64,000 nt of DNA from Bacteroidota bacterium (GCA_037128705.1 JBAXVX010000001.1:174383-238382); one strand, 5' to 3'; shown: positions 39,317 to 50,082, counted from the first letter of the stretch. Notes: generated by a model from the letters alone, not told the origin. Translations and numbers: made by a program.

Positions 39317-41200
39317 ATGGATTACGACGAACAGACAAAATTATTTTCCGAATTTCCTCCCATATCCACAAAGTATTGGGAGGAAAAGATCCTGGCCGAC
39401 CTCAAGGGTGCAGACTATGATAAAAAACTTATTTGGAAAAGCGATGAGGGATTCAATGTAAGACCCTATTATCGCGCCGAAGATCTCCATGGACTGGAAT
39501 ACCTCCATGCGCTTCCGGGTAATTCGCCCTATGTGCGTGGCCTGAAGAAGGAAAACAACAATTGGGGTATTCGCCAGGATTTCGCTACTGCTGACATTGC
39601 AGAGGCCAATACCCTTGCAAATCAAGCCATTTCGAAAGGGGTGGATGCAGTCGGATTAAAGGCCATCAACATTTCCACGCACAAGCAGATGAGTGAGTTG
39701 CTTGCCGGTATCCCATTGAATACAACCGGCATCAACTTCATCGCCTCCCCCTCCTTTCCGCTTACCATCGAACTGTTCATTTATGAAGTCGGCCACCGGG
39801 GCGAAGGCGCTGAAAACATACATGGTTCCATTAACTTTGACCCGATCAGCTACCTGTTGCTCCATGGAGATTTTTATATGGACTGGGAGCACAATTTATC
39901 AGAAGCGGAATACCTGCTGAATACCATTCAGGCCAGGCTCCCGCACTTTAAGGCGATCACCGTCAATGGCCATTATTTCCAGAATGCAGGTTCTTCACTT
40001 GTTCAGGAACTGGCTTTCAGCCTGGCTTCCGCCAATGAATACCTTGCCGGATTGACTTCAAAAGGGTTTTCTGTGGATGCCATTGCTCCCTATATGCAGT
40101 TTTCGCTGGGCATAGGATCGAACTATTTTATGGAAATCGCCAAACTGAGAGCTGCCCGCCTCCTGTGGACCAGGATGGTGGAACAATATCAGCCCAAAAA
40201 TGAGGATTCACTGAAGTTGCACATTCATTCTACAACGGCCCTGTGGAATAAATCGATCTATGATCCCTATGTGAACATCCTGAGAACCACCACCGAAGGG
40301 ATGTCGGCGGCCCTTGGAAATGCCGATACCATTGCCATCCTGCCATTCGACGTTGCATTTAAGGATCCCGATGAAATTTCACTAAGGATTGCCCGTAACC
40401 AGCAGTTCGTATTAAAGGAGGAATCTTACCTGGATAAAATAATCGACCCGGCCGGAGGCTCTTATTACATTGAAAATTTAACGCACTCCATTGCACAACA
40501 TGCCTGGCAGCTTTTCAAGGAGGTGGAATCACGCGGGGGAATGATCGAGTGCATTAAAACGGGATTTATCCAGGATGAGGTTGAACGAAGCCGTCATCAA
40601 AAGGAGATGGATATTGAACAACGCAAAACGGTCATCCTGGGAACCAACCAGTATCCGAATCCCCTGGAGACCATGGCAGGAAAGATCCAGGAACCTGAAG
40701 AGGTCCAGGTAAGCAATGCATCCACCTATAAGAAACTGACTCCTTTCCGTGGTTCTATGGCTTTTGAAAAGGTCAGGATTGCAACAGAGAATTTTGTTAA
40801 AAAGGGAAACAAACGTCCGGCGGTATTTCTTTTTACCATGGGGAACCTGGCTATGCTCAGGGCCCGTGCAGGTTTTGCCACGAACTTTTTTGGTTGTGCA
40901 GGATATGAGATTTTTGATAACCAGGGTTTTTCAACGATCGATGAAGGTGTGGAGGCAGCCTTAAATTCAAGGGCTGAAATCGTTGTCATCTGTAGTTCAG
41001 ATGAGGAATATGGTGCGATTGTGCCAGAAATTTCAGATAAAATCAAATTGGCCAACAGAAAAATCCGGATCCTGGTTGCAGGTTATCCGAAAGAGCTGGT
41101 TGAGCCGCTTAAAAAGGCCGGGGTGGATGATTTTATTCACCTCAAAAGCAACTTGCTTGAAACCCTGCGGAATTCGCAGGTACAACTCGGAATTATTTAG
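39317..41200 (+). CDS. mutA: methylmalonyl-CoA mutase small (beta) subunit
   Basis: ORF track 39266..41200; ATG 39317 gives MDYDEQTKLFSEFPPISTKYWEEKI, typical of MutA N-termini. Mutase barrel-like body, C-terminal Rossmann-like part lacking the DxHxxG B12 motif. Confidence 0.85.
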   Translation: MDYDEQTKLFSEFPPISTKYWEEKILADLKGADYDKKLIWKSDEGFNVRPYYRAEDLHGLEYLHALPGNSPYVRGLKKENNNWGIRQDFATADIAEANTLANQAISKGVDAVGLKAINISTHKQMSELLAGIPLNTTGINFIASPSFPLTIELFIYEVGHRGEGAENIHGSINFDPISYLLLHGDFYMDWEHNLSEAEYLLNTIQARLPHFKAITVNGHYFQNAGSSLVQELAFSLASANEYLAGLTSKGFSVDAIAPYMQFSLGIGSNYFMEIAKLRAARLLWTRMVEQYQPKNEDSLKLHIHSTTALWNKSIYDPYVNILRTTTEGMSAALGNADTIAILPFDVAFKDPDEISLRIARNQQFVLKEESYLDKIIDPAGGSYYIENLTHSIAQHAWQLFKEVESRGGMIECIKTGFIQDEVERSRHQKEMDIEQRKTVILGTNQYPNPLETMAGKIQEPEEVQVSNASTYKKLTPFRGSMAFEKVRIATENFVKKGNKRPAVFLFTMGNLAMLRARAGFATNFFGCAGYEIFDNQGFSTIDEGVEAALNSRAEIVVICSSDEEYGAIVPEISDKIKLANRKIRILVAGYPKELVEPLKKAGVDDFIHLKSNLLETLRNSQVQLGII

Positions 41201-41227
41201 TAGGCACGCTTTGATCTATTGACCATC

Positions 41228-41647
41228 ATGAACGAACCAAATGGGAATACAAATTCTGTAAAGGCATCCAAGGGTCCTCTTAAAATCCTGGTTGCCGAAG
41301 ACAATTCCATTAATCTCAGGTTGATCACTGCAGCATTGCTGCGTGCCGGCCATCAGGTTGATGCTGCAATGGATGGAGCCCAGGCTGTGGCCCTGTTCAC
41401 CAAGAACTCCTATGACGCTGTCCTGATGGATATCATGATGCCGGTGATGGATGGCATTTCGGCCACGCTTGAAATCAGGAAAATTGAAGCCGGGCGCAAT
41501 ACCGGACAAAACGGCAGGGTAAAAATCATCGCAATAACCGCGAATGCATTTGAGGATGACCGCACCAAGTTTTTTGAAGCAGGGATGGACTACTATATGA
41601 ACAAACCATTGGAGATTGATGAGTTGCACAGAATCCTGAGTGTATAA
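41228..41647 (+). CDS. stand-alone receiver-domain response regulator (no output domain)
   Basis: ORF track 41219 (TTG); ATG 41228. [13 protein letters not shown].., phospho-acceptor context [12 protein letters not shown], ..ITANA.., MNKP. Confidence 0.88.
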   Translation: MNEPNGNTNSVKASKGPLKILVAEDNSINLRLITAALLRAGHQVDAAMDGAQAVALFTKNSYDAVLMDIMMPVMDGISATLEIRKIEAGRNTGQNGRVKIIAITANAFEDDRTKFFEAGMDYYMNKPLEIDELHRILSV

Positions 41648-41657
41648 CCAAAAGAAA

Positions 41658-44018
41658 ATGAGCAGAAAACAGTCTTCGCTTCGTCCTTTTTTAGCTCCCA
41701 TGATCATTTACCTGGCCGGTGTGATTATTTATGCATTGGCCTGGAGTTATATTGACCGGAGGAACATCCTTCATAACATTGATGAAAAACTTCTTGAAGT
41801 TGCCCGGAATGTAAAGTACATTTTACCTGACGATTTTCACGACCGGGCCATAGGTAAAGGATTAATCTCCAATGCAGAGGATAAACGGAATGTCGAACTG
41901 CTTACAAAGTTCACCAAGGTTTCCAAATTAACCTACCTGTACACCGCAGTTGTCCGTGACGGGAAGGTATATTTCACCTCTTCCAGTGTCAGTGACAATG
42001 ATATTAAAAAGAATGAACTGCCCTATTATTGGCAGGACTATCCGGAAGCAACATCCGAATTTAAGGCGACCATCCAGTCCGACAAGCCAACTTTTGAATT
42101 ATCCACCGACCGGTGGGGCTCCTTCAGAAGTGCGATCCTGTGCGAAACATCACCGGGAGGACAGAAATACCTGGTGGGAGCCGATATGAATACCAGTTTT
42201 GTGAATCTTCAGATCCTCAAGGGGATTGGCTCTATTTTTTTCGGAGCCTTCTGCTTCCTGATCTTTATGATCCCATTTTTTATCGTGCTTCGGAATTTTT
42301 ACAGAAACCACTCTTTCCATCTTGAAAAGGAAATTCTGGACCGCAAACAGGCTGAAGCCAAACTGGAACAATATAAGATCCATCTTGAAGAAATTGTCCG
42401 CCGGCGTACGGAACAGCTCCATAAGGAAATTTCTGACCGGGAATTGGTAGAGGTCGAACTTGAGAAAGCAAAAGAAATAGCCATCCGTGAAAGCAGGGCC
42501 AAGTCCATCTTTCTGGCAAACATGAGCCATGAAATAAGAACCCCGATGAATGGCGTTATTGGGATGGCCAATATTCTCAAGGATACTGAATTGAATGACC
42601 AGCAGCGGGAGTACCTCGATATCATCGAGATCTCGGGAAACAATTTGCTGTCGATCATCAATGATATTCTCGATTTTTCGAAAATCGAAGCCGGGCAGAT
42701 CGATCTGGAAAATATTCCCTTCAACCTGATGAAGCAGGTCGAGGAGATTTTGAAGATCCAGCATGTTAAAGCGGAAGGGAAAGGGCTGAAACTATTTTTC
42801 ATGATCTCTCCTGAATTGCCCGACCAGGTGAAGGGTGACCCGGTCAGGTTTAAACAAATTATTTCGAACCTCACCTCCAATGCAATAAAATTCACCCATG
42901 AGGGCAGTATAACCATTTCATTGGAAATGGTTACACAGGATGCCGGGACACTCATGGTTCGCTGTAATGTGAAAGATACCGGGATAGGGATATCCCCGAA
43001 CGGCCGTGAAAAACTTTTCAAAGAGTTTTCACAAACAGATGCATACACCACCCGAAAGTATGGCGGAACGGGACTGGGTCTGAAAATCTCAAAGGATCTC
43101 TCGCACATTATGGGAGGCGATATCGGAGTTGAGAGTGAAGAGGGAAAAGGATCCAATTTCTGGTTTACCGTGTTATTCCAGAAAATAGATCAGGCAGATA
43201 TTGATCTGTTGAAGCATGAAAATCTGAATCACAGGTCGAAGTCATTGTCAATCCTGATGGTTGAGGATAATTACATCAGCCAGAAAGTGGCAAAATCAGC
43301 CCTCCAGCGCGAAGGTTATGTTGATATTGAGATTGCCGAGAACGGAAAGGTTGCCGTAAAAATGTTCAGTGAAAAGGAATATCACATTGTTTTGATGGAT
43401 ATCCGGATGCCCGTGATGGATGGGTTGGAAGCTACTGAGAAATTCCGGGAACTCGAACGAAATAATCCCAGCCGAACCCCCACTACCATTGTTGCTTTTA
43501 CAGCGTATGCCATTGAGGGAGACCGTGAGCGTTTTATTTCAGCAGGCATGGACGACTATATTGCCAAACCATTCCAGCCGGAAGAGTTGATCCGGGTCAT
43601 TGAGAAGTATGCAGTCAAGCACCGGTTCCGCACCCAGCGCCCCTTAAAAATTCTCCTGGCTGAAGATAATAAGATCAACCAGAAAGTGGCATCCAAAACA
43701 CTGGAATCGTTCGGACATCATGTCGATGTGGTTGAAAACGGCCTCGAGGCCATTGAAAAGGTAAAGGAGCATTCGTACGATCTGATCATGATGGATCTTG
43801 AAATGCCTGAAATGAACGGGATTGAAGCTACCCGCGTTATACGGAAAATGGAATCAGACAATGTACTTACCGGTGTTGACCGTAAGAAAATAAAAATTGT
43901 CGCTTTGACAGCCCATTCAACCATTGAGGACAAGGTACGTTGCCAGGAGGTTGGAATGGATGATTATATCAGCAAACCGTTCAGGCAAAGTGAAATTGCC
44001 AGGGCACTGCAAATCTAA
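41658..44018 (+). CDS. hybrid sensor histidine kinase: TM, Cache-like extracytoplasmic domain, TM, coiled coil, HisKA, HATPase_c, two receiver domains
   Basis: ORF track 41640 (GTG, overlaps the upstream stop); ATG 41658 alternative. H-box [16 protein letters not shown]-boxes DTGIGI / GGTGLGL, two receivers ([12 protein letters not shown]; [12 protein letters not shown]). No HPt domain recognised. Confidence 0.9.
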   Translation: MSRKQSSLRPFLAPMIIYLAGVIIYALAWSYIDRRNILHNIDEKLLEVARNVKYILPDDFHDRAIGKGLISNAEDKRNVELLTKFTKVSKLTYLYTAVVRDGKVYFTSSSVSDNDIKKNELPYYWQDYPEATSEFKATIQSDKPTFELSTDRWGSFRSAILCETSPGGQKYLVGADMNTSFVNLQILKGIGSIFFGAFCFLIFMIPFFIVLRNFYRNHSFHLEKEILDRKQAEAKLEQYKIHLEEIVRRRTEQLHKEISDRELVEVELEKAKEIAIRESRAKSIFLANMSHEIRTPMNGVIGMANILKDTELNDQQREYLDIIEISGNNLLSIINDILDFSKIEAGQIDLENIPFNLMKQVEEILKIQHVKAEGKGLKLFFMISPELPDQVKGDPVRFKQIISNLTSNAIKFTHEGSITISLEMVTQDAGTLMVRCNVKDTGIGISPNGREKLFKEFSQTDAYTTRKYGGTGLGLKISKDLSHIMGGDIGVESEEGKGSNFWFTVLFQKIDQADIDLLKHENLNHRSKSLSILMVEDNYISQKVAKSALQREGYVDIEIAENGKVAVKMFSEKEYHIVLMDIRMPVMDGLEATEKFRELERNNPSRTPTTIVAFTAYAIEGDRERFISAGMDDYIAKPFQPEELIRVIEKYAVKHRFRTQRPLKILLAEDNKINQKVASKTLESFGHHVDVVENGLEAIEKVKEHSYDLIMMDLEMPEMNGIEATRVIRKMESDNVLTGVDRKKIKIVALTAHSTIEDKVRCQEVGMDDYISKPFRQSEIARALQI

Positions 44019-44027
44019 ACTACAACG

Positions 44028-44855
44028 ATGAAGAAGACCTGTTTAGTGCTGATCTGTTCCCTTGTAATGGGGTTCGTGAGCCCACTTCTGGCCCAGGATG
44101 AAAAAGTACTTTCTGAAATTGAAGACGAAAAGGGCACAGAGGGACCCTCCCTGGTACTCGGAGCCGATGTTTTTAGCCGGTACATCTGGAGAGGTTATGA
44201 TTACGGCAATTCGCCAGCAATACAGCCCAATATTTGCTTTTCCTGGAAAGGATTGAACATTGGTTCGTGGGGATCCTATGCCTTTGCAAAACGCAGCATC
44301 GAAGTCAATGATACCACCATTGTTGACGCAGGAAATTATGCTGAAGTGGATCTCTATATTTCCTATACCTATAAATGGTTTACCCTGATGTTTTTTGACT
44401 TTTTTATTCCGAATGGCCTGAATCCCAACGAAGGGAACAATTATTTTGACTACAGGAATGCCACCACCGGTCATACCTTGGAAGGTAGCCTGACATTTGA
44501 CGGACCTGAAAAATTTCCCATTCAGGTCATGGTGGGCACCCTGTTTTACGGTGCAGATAAGGATAAAGATTCCAGCGGGGTATATGGCGCCGGGACAAAA
44601 AACAACTTCTCGACCTATATTGAACTTGCCTATAAAATCCATTTGAAGAAAATAAATATGGATCTCAGGCCCTTCATCGGGGGTACCCCGTTCGGGAGTG
44701 CCTGGTACGGGCCCTATGCCGGCATTACAAATCTCGGGCTGACAGCGAAGAAATCGATTGCGATCACACCCCAGTATGCTCTTCCGGTGCAGGTTTCACT
44801 GATCACCAATCCCCAGGCTCAGAACCTCTTTCTTGTTTTTGGAATTTCACTTTGA
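44028..44855 (+). CDS. signal-peptide outer-membrane beta-barrel candidate, TorF/TIGR02001-like putative porin
   Basis: 275 aa. Signal peptide ..VSPLLAQ; SRYIWRGYDYGNSPAIQPNI..GLNIGSWGSYAF parallels the SDYVFRG..PAiQ..G.W block of TorF-family porins (from memory); alternating aromatic pattern to the C-terminus. Confidence 0.45.
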   Translation: MKKTCLVLICSLVMGFVSPLLAQDEKVLSEIEDEKGTEGPSLVLGADVFSRYIWRGYDYGNSPAIQPNICFSWKGLNIGSWGSYAFAKRSIEVNDTTIVDAGNYAEVDLYISYTYKWFTLMFFDFFIPNGLNPNEGNNYFDYRNATTGHTLEGSLTFDGPEKFPIQVMVGTLFYGADKDKDSSGVYGAGTKNNFSTYIELAYKIHLKKINMDLRPFIGGTPFGSAWYGPYAGITNLGLTAKKSIAITPQYALPVQVSLITNPQAQNLFLVFGISL

Positions 44856-44882
44856 TACCTACATCATACTATCTAACGAACG

Positions 44883-47033
44883 ATGAGACCAGATTTTAAA
44901 AATGTTGAATTAATGCAATCTCCAGGAGGAAAGGCATTTTCCGAATGGGAGAAGGAGGCAGGAATTCAGGAAAGTTGGAAAACCCCTGAGCAGATCCCTG
45001 TGAAGCCGGTTTATGGCGAAAGCGATTTGCTTGAGATGGAGCATCTCAACTATGCAGCCGGACTGCCGCCATTTCTCAGGGGGCCCTATTCCACCATGTA
45101 TGTTATGTCGCCATGGACGATCCGCCAGTATGCCGGATTTTCGACGGCTGAGGAATCGAATGCTTTTTATCGCCGGAACCTGAAGGCCGGACAAAAAGGG
45201 TTATCTGTTGCCTTTGATCTTGCCACACACCGGGGTTATGACTCGGATCACGAACGTGTGGTGGGAGATGTGGGAAAAGCCGGCGTTGCCATCGATTCCA
45301 TCCTTGATATGAAGATCCTTTTTGACCAGATCCCGCTGGATATCATGTCGGTTTCCATGACCATGAACGGGGCCGTGCTGCCAATTCTCGCATTCTATAT
45401 TGTTGCTGCGGAGGAACAGGGCGTTCCCATGGCCAAGCTCATCGGAACGATCCAGAACGATATCCTGAAAGAATTCATGGTTCGGAATACCTACATTTAC
45501 CCGCCGGCCCCCTCCATGAAGATCATTGCAGACATCTTCGAATTCACCTCGAAGAACATGCCCAAGTTCAATTCGATTTCCATCAGCGGATATCACATGC
45601 AGGAGGCTGGCGCAACTGCAGATATTGAGCTTGCATACACCCTGGCCGATGGGCTTGAGTATCTCCGTGCCGGAATCAATGCCGGGATGGACATCGATAC
45701 CTTTGCTCCGCGTCTGTCATTCTTCTGGGGTGCCGGGATGAATCATTTTATGGAAATTGCCAAGATGCGCGCTGCCCGTTTGCTTTGGGCAAAGATTGTA
45801 AAGCAGTTCAATCCGAAGAACCCGAAATCAATGGCCCTTCGTACGCATACCCAAACCTCGGGCTGGAGCCTCACCGAACAGGATCCATTCAACAATGTGA
45901 CCCGCACCTGCGTGGAAGCCCTGGCAGCAGCCCTTGGTCATACGCAGTCGCTGCACACCAATGCACTGGATGAGGCCATCGCTTTGCCAACCGATTTTTC
46001 AGCACGCATCGCCCGGAATACCCAGATTTATCTCCTGGAAGAGACACAAATCTGCCGTTCCGTTGATCCCTGGGCGGGGTCATATTATGTGGAGATGCTG
46101 ACGCATGAAATAGCCCACAAAGCCTGGGCGCTGATCGAAGAGGTGGAGGTACTGGGTGGAATGGCCAAGGCCATTGAAACAGGCATCCCTAAAATGCGCA
46201 TTGAAGAGGCTTCGGCCCGAAAACAGGCAAGGATCGACACAGGAAAAGATAAGATTGTTGGTGTAAACCTGAACAGGCTGGAGAAGGAAGATCCGATCGA
46301 GATCCTTGATGTCGACAATGCCGCAGTTCGTGAGTCGCAGGTGCTGAGATTGAAGCAACTGAGGGCAAACCGTGATAATGGAGCTGTTCTGGAAGCACTG
46401 GATGCCCTGACAAAATCAGCGGAAACAGGGGAGGGCAACCTCCTGGCACTGGCGATTGATGCAGCACGCAAAAGGGCCTCGCTTGGTGAAATTTCATTTG
46501 CACTTGAAAAAATTTACGGAAGGTACAAAGCTGTGATACGAAGCATCTCGGGAATTTATTCCTCGGAATCAAAAGATAATGCGCTCTTCTCCAGGGCACG
46601 TGAACTTGCCGACAAGTTTGCGGAAATGGAGGGCCGCCGGCCCCGCATCATGATCGCGAAAATGGGACAGGATGGCCATGACCGTGGCGCCAAAGTGGTT
46701 GCAACGGGCTATGCCGATATCGGGTTCGATGTTGATATTGGTCCTTTGTTCCAGACACCTGCAGAATCTGCAAAGCAGGCTGTTGAGAATGATGTGCATA
46801 TTCTGGGCGTGTCGAGCCTTGCAGCCGGCCATAAAACGCTGGTACCCCAGGTGATCGAGGAACTGAAAAAGTTAGGACGTGACGACATCATGGTCATCGT
46901 TGGAGGAGTAATTCCTCCACAGGATTATGAATTTCTTTACCATGCCGGCGCCGCGGCCATCTTCGGGCCCGGTACGGTGATCCCCGAAGCAGGAATCAAG
47001 TTACTTGAGATCCTGATCGAAAGCCGGAAATAG
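44883..47033 (+). CDS. mutB: methylmalonyl-CoA mutase large (alpha) subunit
   Basis: 716 aa. [42 protein letters not shown] block; C-terminal B12-binding motif [11 protein letters not shown]. Confidence 0.96.
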   Translation: MRPDFKNVELMQSPGGKAFSEWEKEAGIQESWKTPEQIPVKPVYGESDLLEMEHLNYAAGLPPFLRGPYSTMYVMSPWTIRQYAGFSTAEESNAFYRRNLKAGQKGLSVAFDLATHRGYDSDHERVVGDVGKAGVAIDSILDMKILFDQIPLDIMSVSMTMNGAVLPILAFYIVAAEEQGVPMAKLIGTIQNDILKEFMVRNTYIYPPAPSMKIIADIFEFTSKNMPKFNSISISGYHMQEAGATADIELAYTLADGLEYLRAGINAGMDIDTFAPRLSFFWGAGMNHFMEIAKMRAARLLWAKIVKQFNPKNPKSMALRTHTQTSGWSLTEQDPFNNVTRTCVEALAAALGHTQSLHTNALDEAIALPTDFSARIARNTQIYLLEETQICRSVDPWAGSYYVEMLTHEIAHKAWALIEEVEVLGGMAKAIETGIPKMRIEEASARKQARIDTGKDKIVGVNLNRLEKEDPIEILDVDNAAVRESQVLRLKQLRANRDNGAVLEALDALTKSAETGEGNLLALAIDAARKRASLGEISFALEKIYGRYKAVIRSISGIYSSESKDNALFSRARELADKFAEMEGRRPRIMIAKMGQDGHDRGAKVVATGYADIGFDVDIGPLFQTPAESAKQAVENDVHILGVSSLAAGHKTLVPQVIEELKKLGRDDIMVIVGGVIPPQDYEFLYHAGAAAIFGPGTVIPEAGIKLLEILIESRK

Positions 47034-47036
47034 TTC

Positions 47037-48266
47037 ATGGAACTTCAATCCGTTACCCTGCCCAACGGCATCCGGCTTGTTCATTCCCCAGTTTCAAACC
47101 CGGTGGCCCATTGTGGTTTGTTTATCCACGCTGGTTCCCGCGAAGAGAGGGAAACCGAACATGGCATTGCCCATTTCATTGAGCATACCATCTTTAAAGG
47201 CACCGAAAGACGAAATCTCTTTCAGGTGCTGAACCGGCTTGAAAATGTTGGCGCCGATCTGAACGCCTATACCGGGAAAGAGGAAACCTGCATTTATGCT
47301 TCCTTTCTCAGCGAATATTACGACCGCACCCTTGAGTTGTTCCAGGATATATTTTTTCATCCGACCTTTCCCGGGAAGGAGCTGGAACGGGAAAAACAGG
47401 TGGTGATCGATGAGATCAGGTCGTACCAGGATACCCCGGCTGAGCAGATCTTTGATGATTTCGAAGACCTGGTTTTTGCGGGCCACCCGCTCGGAAAAAA
47501 TATCATGGGCACGGCCGGGAGCTTAAAAAAACTGAAACAGCGGGATGTGCTGGATTTCATTCGGCGGAATTACAGGCTGGATGAGGTGGTCATTGCATCG
47601 GTTGGCAATATTCAATTCGATAAGCTTGTCAGATCAGTCAGCAAACACTTTCTCCAATATCCTGACCGCGGCATGAGTCAGCCCAGGATCGCCTTTCAGG
47701 ATTATCATCCATTTGCAGAAACCCGGAAGAAAAGGACTTGCCAGGTCCACTGCCTGGTTGGTGCCCCTGCCTATCCCTATAGTCACGATCGGCGGATTCC
47801 CCTGGCCCTGCTCAACAACATGCTGGGCGGTCCCGTCATGAATTCGAGGCTGGCACTGGCCTTGCGTGAACGCAACGGGCTGACATACCACAATGAATCC
47901 AATTATACCGCCTATTCCGATGCAGGAATCATACACATCTACTTCGGTACCGACCCGGTTCATTATGAAAAGGCGCTGACCATTGTACATAAGGAGTTGA
48001 AACGGATTCGTGAACAGCGGTTAAGTCCTGTGCAGCTGAGTGTCATTAAAAAGCAGCTTACCGGTCAGCTGGCCATTGCACAGGAATCAAATCTCTCGGC
48101 GATGATGGCTATCGGGAAGAGCTTCCTCCTGCAGAACCGGTTCGATCCGGTTGAGCTTATCATTGAACGGATACAATCGACCACTGCCGCCGAGCTGCTT
48201 GAAATTGCCAACGAAATTTTTGAAGAAAAGAAGTTGAGCATGCTGACTTTCATGTCGGCCAAATGA
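47037..48266 (+). CDS. M16 (pitrilysin/insulinase) family peptidase
   Basis: 409 aa. Inverted zinc motif HFIEH (GIAHFIEHTIFKG). Confidence 0.85.
   Translation: MELQSVTLPNGIRLVHSPVSNPVAHCGLFIHAGSREERETEHGIAHFIEHTIFKGTERRNLFQVLNRLENVGADLNAYTGKEETCIYASFLSEYYDRTLELFQDIFFHPTFPGKELEREKQVVIDEIRSYQDTPAEQIFDDFEDLVFAGHPLGKNIMGTAGSLKKLKQRDVLDFIRRNYRLDEVVIASVGNIQFDKLVRSVSKHFLQYPDRGMSQPRIAFQDYHPFAETRKKRTCQVHCLVGAPAYPYSHDRRIPLALLNNMLGGPVMNSRLALALRERNGLTYHNESNYTAYSDAGIIHIYFGTDPVHYEKALTIVHKELKRIREQRLSPVQLSVIKKQLTGQLAIAQESNLSAMMAIGKSFLLQNRFDPVELIIERIQSTTAAELLEIANEIFEEKKLSMLTFMSAK
47851..47865 (+). promoter_or_regulatory. sequence identical to the sigma-54 -24/-12 core consensus (TGGCAC-N5-TTGC), inside the M16 peptidase ORF
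   Basis: tggcac tggcc ttgc. Found by eye; intragenic and about 400 nt upstream of the next start codon, so it may be coincidental. Confidence 0.2.
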
Positions 48267-48931
48267 TGCGCAATATAAACGAAACCGTTATGAGTGAATC
48301 AACCCTTCAGGACTACGCCGAAGCCCACACAACTCCCGAAAGTCCCGTTCTGGCCAGGCTGAATCGCGAGACCCACCTTTCACAGGTGTATCCGCAAATG
48401 CTCTCAGGACACCTGCAGGGCACTTTGCTGCGCATGTTTTGTCAGATGATGAAACCGGAAAGAGTGCTCGAAATAGGCACATTCACCGGATATTCAGCAC
48501 TTAACCTGGCGATAGGGTTGGGGGAGAACTCATCAGGCCAGGTTCATACCATCGAAATTAACCCGGAGCAGGAACTTGGGATCCGGAAGTTTATTCAGGA
48601 AGCAGGGCTTGAAAACAGGGTTATCCTCCACATTGGCGACGCCTGTGAAATTATACCTGCCCTGAATGAGATATGGGACCTTGTTTTCATCGATGCAGAT
48701 AAACCCAATTACCTGAATTATTATCACCTGGTTCTTCCCCGGGTGCGTCGGGGTGGTTTTATTGTTGCCGACAATGTTCTATGGGATGGAAAGGTAACTG
48801 GCGATCCGGCAAAAATGGATAGGGACACCCGCGGGATTGTTGAATTCAATGACTTCGTGCACCAGGATGATGCTGTTGAAAACATGATATTGCCATTGAG
48901 GGACGGGCTGATGCTGATCAGGAAGAGGTAA
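48263..48931 (+). CDS. class I SAM-dependent O-methyltransferase (family 3, caffeoyl-CoA OMT-like)
   Basis: 222 aa. VLEIGTFTGYSAL SAM motif, FIDADKPNY, overlaps the M16 stop by 4 nt. Confidence 0.8.
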   Translation: MMRNINETVMSESTLQDYAEAHTTPESPVLARLNRETHLSQVYPQMLSGHLQGTLLRMFCQMMKPERVLEIGTFTGYSALNLAIGLGENSSGQVHTIEINPEQELGIRKFIQEAGLENRVILHIGDACEIIPALNEIWDLVFIDADKPNYLNYYHLVLPRVRRGGFIVADNVLWDGKVTGDPAKMDRDTRGIVEFNDFVHQDDAVENMILPLRDGLMLIRKR

Positions 48932-48951
48932 CAGGCCTGCACCGGCAGAAG

Positions 48952-49458
48952 TTATCCCACTTTAAACTGGAATTTCACCTGGGACAAATCTTCATTTGCC
49001 TGGATGATTTTCTTTTTCAGATCCTCTTTGAAGGCGACCATTTTCTTGTGCAATGCTTCATCTCCGACGGCGAGAATTTCTGCAGCCAGGATGGCGGCAT
49101 TCTGGGCGCCATTGATGCTGACCGTGGCAACCGGAATTCCCGGGGGCATCTGGACGATGGCCAGGAGGGCATCGAGTCCGTCAAGAGAGGCTTTGATCGG
49201 CACGCCAATGACAGGCAAGGTGGTCATGGCTGCAATTACGCCAGGAAGATGGGCTGCCATGCCGGCAGCGGCAATGATTACCCGTATTCCCCTGCGGTGC
49301 GCATTTTTGGCGAACTCCTCCACTTTCTCAGGCGTCCGGTGGGCCGATAGGGCATTCATTTCAAAAGGAATTTGCATTTCATCCAGAAATTTGGCCGCAG
49401 CTTCCATGACCGGGAGGTCGGAGGTGCTTCCCATGATAATGCTTACTTTAGGTTCCAT
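48952..49458 (-). CDS. purE: 5-(carboxyamino)imidazole ribonucleotide mutase
   Basis: ORF track 48952..49584. ATG 49458 (MEPKVSIIMGSTSDLPVM) lies 26 nt downstream of a minus-strand TACTTTTG box (49485-49492); ATG 49482 is only 2 nt from it. AGMAAHLPGV motif. Confidence 0.92.
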   Translation of the reverse strand: MEPKVSIIMGSTSDLPVMEAAAKFLDEMQIPFEMNALSAHRTPEKVEEFAKNAHRRGIRVIIAAAGMAAHLPGVIAAMTTLPVIGVPIKASLDGLDALLAIVQMPPGIPVATVSINGAQNAAILAAEILAVGDEALHKKMVAFKEDLKKKIIQANEDLSQVKFQFKVG

Positions 49459-49484
49459 ATGAAGGTTGAATTCATGTTTCATGA

Positions 49485-49492
49485 CAAAAGTA
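49485..49492 (-). promoter_or_regulatory. candidate -7 box (TACTTTTG) for purE
   Basis: TAnnTTTG match on the minus strand, 26 nt upstream of ATG 49458. Confidence 0.45.
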
Positions 49493-49505
49493 GCGATAAA
49501 TTCAC

Positions 49506-49513
49506 TACTTTTG
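49506..49513 (+). promoter_or_regulatory. candidate -7 box (TACTTTTG) for hpt-adk-obg string
   Basis: TAnnTTTG match, 24 nt upstream of ATG 49538. Confidence 0.45.
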
Positions 49514-49537
49514 CATACAACTGACAATTGATTGGTT

Positions 49538-50074
49538 ATGGCAAATGTAAAGGTCCGGGAATTGGTATTTGAGAAATTTATCACCCGGGAAGAGATTGAT
49601 GCAGCAGTTCAAAAAGTGGCGGACCGGATCAACCGCGATTATGTCGGGAAGAACCCGCTCCTTCTGGCCATTCTTAACGGTGCATTTATCTTTGCCTCTG
49701 ACCTGATGCGAAAACTGACCATTCCATGTGAAATATCTTTTGTGAAGTACGCCTCCTATTCCGGAACACTTACCACATCGAAGGTGAAGGAGCTGATCGG
49801 CGTGAACGAAGAACTTGAGGGCCGGCATGTCATTGTCGTGGAGGACATTGTCGATACCGGCATCACCATGCATAAATTGCTTCAGGATATCCATGCAAAA
49901 AAACCATTGGATGTAAAGGTTGCCTGCTTTTGTTTTAAGGCTGAGGCGTTCCAGAAAAATTTCACCATTGACTACCTTGGATTGGTGATTCCAAATGACT
50001 TCATCGTAGGTTACGGCCTGGATTATGACGGACATGGACGGAATTATCCCGAAATTTATAAACTAGTTAAATAA
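49538..50074 (+). CDS. hpt: hypoxanthine phosphoribosyltransferase
   Basis: ORF track 49532 (TTG); ATG 49538. PRPP motif VIVVEDIVDTGITM. Confidence 0.9.
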   Translation: MANVKVRELVFEKFITREEIDAAVQKVADRINRDYVGKNPLLLAILNGAFIFASDLMRKLTIPCEISFVKYASYSGTLTTSKVKELIGVNEELEGRHVIVVEDIVDTGITMHKLLQDIHAKKPLDVKVACFCFKAEAFQKNFTIDYLGLVIPNDFIVGYGLDYDGHGRNYPEIYKLVK

Positions 50075-50082
50075 TCTGTGCA

